A program made the position numbers and the translations under genes. Below, in pieces: positions 6,111 through 10,063 of a stretch of 10,063 nt of DNA; the stretch's first letter is position 1; every line of letters starts with the position of its first letter. Source of the stretch: an uncultured archaeon (GTDB taxonomy: Archaea; Asgardarchaeota; Lokiarchaeia; Sigyniarchaeales; SOKP01). Location: assembly GCA_964629395.1 (NCBI GenBank), contig CAZVTX010000115.1, forward strand, positions 1 to 10,063, given 5' to 3'. The notes beneath the pieces were generated by a model. That model searched no databases and had not been told where the DNA came from. It worked only from the letters and a program-made list of their open reading frames with translations.

Positions 6111-7303
6111 AGACGATTTAAGAGAATTTCTTTTATATCTTCTTTTGATAATTCAACGGGATTATTTTTTAAACCCGCTTTCTCTACGATTTTATCAATG
6201 TCTTTTTCAGTAATACCATAAGCACTTAATTTATCAATTTTTAAAACTTTTATCCAATGTTCAAGCGTGTCAACTAAAATTGTGCAATATTTTATTACTT
6301 CATGATCTTCTACTCTAGATTTTCCTGCTAAAAGAGCACCAATTTCCGCATGTTTTTTTAATAATAGAAAACCATCGGTTCCCTTTTCTTTTAATTTCTC
6401 AATATTTTTTTTAGTAGCTTCGGCTAATAATGTTCCGCATACAACCCCATGAGGGATATTAAAGAATCCCCCTATAGGTGAAGCTAGACCATGTACAATT
6501 CCAAGCCCAGCATTAGCTAATGCTATTCCGGACATTAAAGCACCATAAGCAATTTCTGCACGGGCATTTATATCATGTGCTTTTTCACCGCATACTTGTA
6601 CAATATTATTCTTCATATGTTTCATTCCGCTATAAGCTAATGCATCCGTCATGGGGCTCCCTGCAGGTGATACAAAGGCTTCTAAAAGCTGTGTAAATGC
6701 ATCTAAACCGCATGAAGCAGACACTTTGGGGGGACATGATAAGATTAACTCAGGATCAATTATAGCCGCATCGGGGACAAAATTATCATGTCTGAGGGAC
6801 TTTTTAAAACCATTAGGACCAACTTCACTGATAACTGCGTTTTTAGTCGCTTCTGAACCCGTTCCCGAAGTTGTAGGAACGGCAATATATGGGATTTTAA
6901 CTCCATCATGGGTTTTATTTCCAACACCTTCTAAATAATTTTTAATCCTATCTTCTTTTAAAATCATTGCTGAAATTGCTTTACCGGCATCTATTACACT
7001 TCCCCCGCCAATTCCAACAATTAAATCTAAATTTTCATCCTTATATTTCGCAGAATTTTCGTCAATAATTGCGGGAGAAGGTTCTCCTTCTATTTTTATC
7101 CTAAAATAATTTATTCCTAATTTTTCTAAATTTTCAGAAATCTCGTCCCATTTGCCACTTTTATCTAAAGAACTTGCACCAGTAACTATAAGCACTTTTT
7201 TTCCGTATTTCGGTATTAAATTATACAATTCTTTAAGCATACCCGCTCCGAAAAATATATTGGGAATTCTCGCAAATTTAAAAGGATTTATCAAATAAAT
7301 CAC
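6107..7303 (-). CDS. iron-containing (group III) alcohol dehydrogenase
   Basis: Fe-ADH signatures GIGGGSVIDAGKAI, VPTTSGTGSE and GIVHGLASPIGG...PHG are present. The start is GTG at 7303. Its stop overlaps the GTPase 2 stop by 4 nt in convergent orientation. Confidence 0.88.
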   Translation of the reverse strand: MIYLINPFKFARIPNIFFGAGMLKELYNLIPKYGKKVLIVTGASSLDKSGKWDEISENLEKLGINYFRIKIEGEPSPAIIDENSAKYKDENLDLIVGIGGGSVIDAGKAISAMILKEDRIKNYLEGVGNKTHDGVKIPYIAVPTTSGTGSEATKNAVISEVGPNGFKKSLRHDNFVPDAAIIDPELILSCPPKVSASCGLDAFTQLLEAFVSPAGSPMTDALAYSGMKHMKNNIVQVCGEKAHDINARAEIAYGALMSGIALANAGLGIVHGLASPIGGFFNIPHGVVCGTLLAEATKKNIEKLKEKGTDGFLLLKKHAEIGALLAGKSRVEDHEVIKYCTILVDTLEHWIKVLKIDKLSAYGITEKDIDKIVEKAGLKNNPVELSKEDIKEILLNRL

Positions 7304-7423
7304 CGAATTTTTAATATTTTTATATCATTTAAATTTAAATTTCGTTAAATATTTAATTCAATTATTAATATAAATTATTAATCAAAAGGATTATTTGATT
7401 TTTGGAATCAAAATATTAATTGG

Positions 7424-7771
7424 GTGTTCATCTTGAAAAAAGTACATGAAAACGATTTTGAATATAGAAATGGAGATTCGGGAGTAAAATATTTGATGAG
7501 AGGACCCAGTATTGATTGGGGTGTAATTTTATTAAAGCCGGGTCAATCTATGGGAGCAAAACCTCATGGTCATAATATTGTTGATGAAACTTTTTATTTT
7601 GTTGAAGGAGATGGTGTTATGATAATCGATGGTAAAGAATATCCCGCACCTCAAGGAAGTGTCTTTTTATGTGAACCTAAGGAACTTCATAATATAAGAA
7701 ATGATTCCGATAAAGACATTAAAATTATTTTTATAAAAAGTCAATATAAACCTGATGATAAATTTGAATAA
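7424..7771 (+). CDS. cupin-domain protein (Cupin_2 type, metal-binding motifs present)
   Basis: Motif 1 is GAKPHGHNIVDETFYFVEG, matching G-x5-H-x-H-x3,4-E-x6-G. Motif 2 is GSVFLCEPKELHNIRN. The start is GTG at 7424. Confidence 0.8.
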   Translation: MFILKKVHENDFEYRNGDSGVKYLMRGPSIDWGVILLKPGQSMGAKPHGHNIVDETFYFVEGDGVMIIDGKEYPAPQGSVFLCEPKELHNIRNDSDKDIKIIFIKSQYKPDDKFE

Positions 7772-7788
7772 GGAAAGTTGGATGTAAA

Positions 7789-8175
7789 ATGGCAAAAAAG
7801 AAAAAAGGTAAAAAAGGAAAAGGTGGAAGAAAAGGAGCTGGTCAAGAGGAAGAAATCACCCGTGTCAAAATGCCTAATAGAGAAATGGGAGAAATGTTCG
7901 GTAGAGTTATTGAAATCTTTGGAAATGATCGAATGCAAGTTTTTTGTGAAGATGGAAAGCATAGAATAGGAAGAATTCGGGGAAAAATTAAAAAAAGGGT
8001 TTGGATAAGGCGTGGAGACCTTATAATTTGCAATCCTTGGGATTGGGAAACACCCACTAAGGATGGAATGGGAAAATGCGAGATTACATGGAGATATATG
8101 AAAAATGAAGTTGCATGGTTAGAGAGAAATAATAAAATTCCCGAAATTCTTGATATTAATAATATCCCGTTATAA
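7789..8175 (+). CDS. eif1a: translation initiation factor aIF1A (eIF1A homologue), S1-like OB fold
   Basis: The core is ITRVKMPNREMGEMFGRVIEIFGNDRMQVFCEDGKHRIGRIRGKIKKRVWIRRGDLIICNPWDW...CEITWRYMKNEVAWLERNNKIP. It is collinear with the archaeal aIF1A / eukaryotic eIF1A consensus (RIPGK.RKRVWI..GD...V.PW......DI.WRY). Confidence 0.9.
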   Translation: MAKKKKGKKGKGGRKGAGQEEEITRVKMPNREMGEMFGRVIEIFGNDRMQVFCEDGKHRIGRIRGKIKKRVWIRRGDLIICNPWDWETPTKDGMGKCEITWRYMKNEVAWLERNNKIPEILDINNIPL

Positions 8176-8281
8176 AAATTAATTGCAAAATTTTAAATCT
8201 TTAAAAACCCTTATTATTCATAAGCTTCTTTTACTTATTTTAACAATAATTTTAAATTTAAGAATAATCTAAATAAGGTTT

Positions 8282-8287
8282 GGTGAT
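8282..8287 (+). promoter_or_regulatory. Shine-Dalgarno-like ggtgat upstream of the Spt5 TTG start
   Basis: Complementary to 16S 3' AUCACC and 5 nt upstream of TTG 8293. An in-frame TAA at 8287-8289 excludes a longer ORF. Confidence 0.45.
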
Positions 8288-8292
8288 AAAAA

Positions 8293-9057
8293 TTGGCAAA
8301 CACCGAAGAGAATGGAGAAGAAAAAACCGCATCGGACATTAAAATTGATGAGATTTCAAGTGATATTGAGGAATCAAAAGAGGATTTAACCACACTTTTT
8401 GCCGTAAGAACAACAATTAACCAAGAAAGCAATATCCTTAGGCAAATCTTTTACAGATTTAAAATTTTAGATGTCGTCCCCGATATTAAAGCAATGTTTT
8501 ATAGTCCTCAGTTACCTGGTTATATATTTCTTGAAGCACCCCAAAAGAGAGATGTTCAAATTGCAATTCAAAATATCCCTAAAATTAAAGGAAGAATTGT
8601 CCAAAATATCTCCTTAGATGAACTTAAGAATGTATTATTACCGAGAAAGATTACGGAATATGTTGAAGAAGGTGATACAGTCGAAATAATTTCCGGAGTT
8701 TTTGAAGGCTCTAAGGCTGTAGTTTTAAGAATGCCCCATGATTCTTCAAGTAGCGAAGAAGTTGTTTTAAGATTATTACAAGAAGAGACCCCAATTACAA
8801 TTAAATTACACGGTGATTATCTTAAATTAGTTGAGAAGAAGAAAGAAGAGGTACCTATGGAACCAATACCCGAAATTCAAGTAAAAGCTGAAGATACAGA
8901 GATGGATTTAGATAAAGCAATAAGTTTTGATGATGAATATGAAGAGTATGAAGAAGAAATAGGAACTTTTGAAGATGAAGAAGCCTCCGTAGAATATGAA
9001 GATGACGAAGAAGAGTGGGAAGAAGATGATGAATGGTCGAAATTTGATGGATTTTAA
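8293..9057 (+). CDS. spt5: transcription elongation factor Spt5 (NusG family): NGN + KOW core with acidic N- and C-terminal extensions
   Basis: The NGN domain is LFAVRTTINQESNILRQI...PGYIFLEAPQKRDVQIAIQNIPKIKG. The KOW domain is GDTVEIISGVFEGSKAVVLRM. The start is TTG; no other canonical start precedes the NGN domain. At 254 aa it is longer than the roughly 150 aa usual for archaeal Spt5. Confidence 0.85.
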   Translation: MANTEENGEEKTASDIKIDEISSDIEESKEDLTTLFAVRTTINQESNILRQIFYRFKILDVVPDIKAMFYSPQLPGYIFLEAPQKRDVQIAIQNIPKIKGRIVQNISLDELKNVLLPRKITEYVEEGDTVEIISGVFEGSKAVVLRMPHDSSSSEEVVLRLLQEETPITIKLHGDYLKLVEKKKEEVPMEPIPEIQVKAEDTEMDLDKAISFDDEYEEYEEEIGTFEDEEASVEYEDDEEEWEEDDEWSKFDGF

Positions 9058-9164
9058 GTAAAAATTTATTTTCTTAATAAAATTAAGCATTTTTAAATAT
9101 TCTAATAATTATTTATTTAATTATAAGAATTATAACAAAACCTTAGTAAGAATTTTTTCTCACT

Positions 9165-9917
9165 ATGATTAAAAACATATTTATAATGAAGCCACATACC
9201 GGTGAATTAATTTTCTATAAAGTTTATGAAGATATTTTTAATGTTAATCTAACGTGTCAATTTCTTAGTGCTATTTTTTCCTTCGTGAAGCAAACATTAA
9301 ATACAGAGAAATTATCTGAAATAGAAGTCGGACCTTTTAGATTTTTATTTGAAATTGAAAAAATTAATAATGAAGAGATTTTATTTGCAATATTTAGTGA
9401 TAGAAGTGATAATTTAATTGAATTAAGGAATCAATTACGAGAAATTAAAATTCAATTTTTAAATGAATATGATTTAGATAGTCTGACTTTTAATTTCAAC
9501 GGAGAGATTACCAGATTTTTAGATTTTGAGAGAAATGTTGAAGCCATCCTCGAAGAAGATAAAAAATTAATAGCAGAAGATATTAAACAAGATATTTTAA
9601 AAGAATTTAATGAACTTCATACATTTTCTACTTTTGTAATTTCTTCAGCATTATTAACCCAAACAGGAAGAGTAATTGTTTCCTTTCTAAACCCAAATGT
9701 GTTGTCCGAGATTATAAGGCTTCTTGAAGGCCGTTTTATTATTGGAAATATGCATGTTAAAGAATTAGTTACTTTAGAAAATTTTGGAATACTTAGTCTT
9801 GTTGGAATTGATGATAATTTTATTTCGGTAATTCAATTTAAAAAGAATTGTCCTTTCGAGACAGCTCTAATTATATCTAAGAAATTTTCGAATCGATTAA
9901 AAAGATTAATTTGTTAA
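9165..9917 (+). CDS. two-domain protein: N-terminal longin-like domain + C-terminal roadblock/LC7 (MglB)-like domain; candidate small-GTPase regulator
   Basis: The N-terminal half has a beta-beta-alpha-beta-beta-alpha pattern: IFIMKPHTGELIFYKVY / LTCQFLSAIFSFVKQTL / IEVGPFRFLFEI / ILFAIFSD / LIELRNQLREIKIQFLNEY. This resembles longin / adaptor-sigma folds. The C-terminal half (VISSALLTQTGRVIVSF...FGILSLVGIDDNFISVIQF...ALIISKKF) resembles roadblock domains. The assignment is by pattern recognition only. Confidence 0.5.
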   Translation: MIKNIFIMKPHTGELIFYKVYEDIFNVNLTCQFLSAIFSFVKQTLNTEKLSEIEVGPFRFLFEIEKINNEEILFAIFSDRSDNLIELRNQLREIKIQFLNEYDLDSLTFNFNGEITRFLDFERNVEAILEEDKKLIAEDIKQDILKEFNELHTFSTFVISSALLTQTGRVIVSFLNPNVLSEIIRLLEGRFIIGNMHVKELVTLENFGILSLVGIDDNFISVIQFKKNCPFETALIISKKFSNRLKRLIC

Positions 9918-9946
9918 ATTAAAAAAAATAAAAATGGTTTTTTTTG

Positions 9947-9954
9947 TAATAAAT
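9947..9954 (+). terminator. T8 tract downstream of the longin/roadblock gene (possible archaeal terminator)
   Basis: tttttttt lies 30 nt after the stop at 9917. The context is AT-rich, so specificity is low. Confidence 0.25.
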
Positions 9955-10063
9955 TTTGATAAAATTAAGCAAACTAATAATTGAAAATTATAAATTGAGT
10001 GTATCTTGAGATTTAAATAATGAATCGAAATTTAATAATCTATAAAATTAAGCCGATAAAAAT

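Noticed and set aside
6651-6938. 95-aa plus-strand ORF antisense to the Fe-alcohol dehydrogenase gene.
   Set aside because: It is the antisense shadow of the most conserved, G+C-richer part of the ADH gene and has no independent signals.
7741-8432. Track ORFs 7741..7962-, 7778..7969+, 7842..8057- and 8235..8432- overlapping aIF1A and the start of Spt5.
   Set aside because: The 7789..8175 and 8293..9057 frames carry clear aIF1A and Spt5 homology. The alternatives are Lys/Glu or Ser/Phe low-complexity translations of the same purine-rich DNA.
8908-9090. 60-aa minus-strand ORF opposite the Spt5 acidic tail.
   Set aside because: It is the antisense of a GAA/GAT-rich stretch, which yields a Phe/Ile-rich artefact. 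It has no start context.
10020-10063. ATG at 10020 opening a plus-strand frame (MNRNLIIYKIKPIK...) that runs off the window.
   Set aside because: Only 14 codons are visible, with no motif and no RBS. This is not enough to call a gene.
1-10063. Looked for CRISPR repeats, tRNA-like cloverleaves, transposase or integrase genes, and long direct or terminal inverted repeats.
   Set aside because: None seen. The only G+C-rich non-coding island is the 5S locus. The only long-range similarity is between the two GTPase paralogues.

Overview
The window is AT-rich (about 30% G+C by eye, not computed) and archaeal in character. The mix of aIF1A, Spt5, two Rab/Ras-like small GTPases and a longin/roadblock-type protein suggests an Asgard (Lokiarchaeia-like) genome; this is inference. 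The only G+C-rich island in non-coding DNA (424-606) is the main result. It reads as a circularly permuted 5S rRNA gene. The 3' two-thirds of the molecule (464-528) come first, then a CUUG tetraloop that caps helix I (529-532), then the 5' third (533-583). This unit is flanked by a leader/trailer helix and a bulge-helix-bulge-like motif. Canonical cuts in that motif, followed by ligation, would regenerate the conserved CCCGGAAGUUAAAC junction and give a 120-nt RNA. Other content: a minus-strand cupin(DUF861)-molybdopterin oxidoreductase-VOC gene string; a GTPase / Fcf1-like PIN / GTPase cassette in which the PIN frame has no canonical start codon; an Fe-alcohol dehydrogenase; a cupin; aIF1A with a eukaryote-like Lys/Gly-rich N-tail; Spt5 with acidic N- and C-terminal extensions; and a two-domain longin-like + roadblock-like protein. 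I found no CRISPR array, tRNA or transposase.
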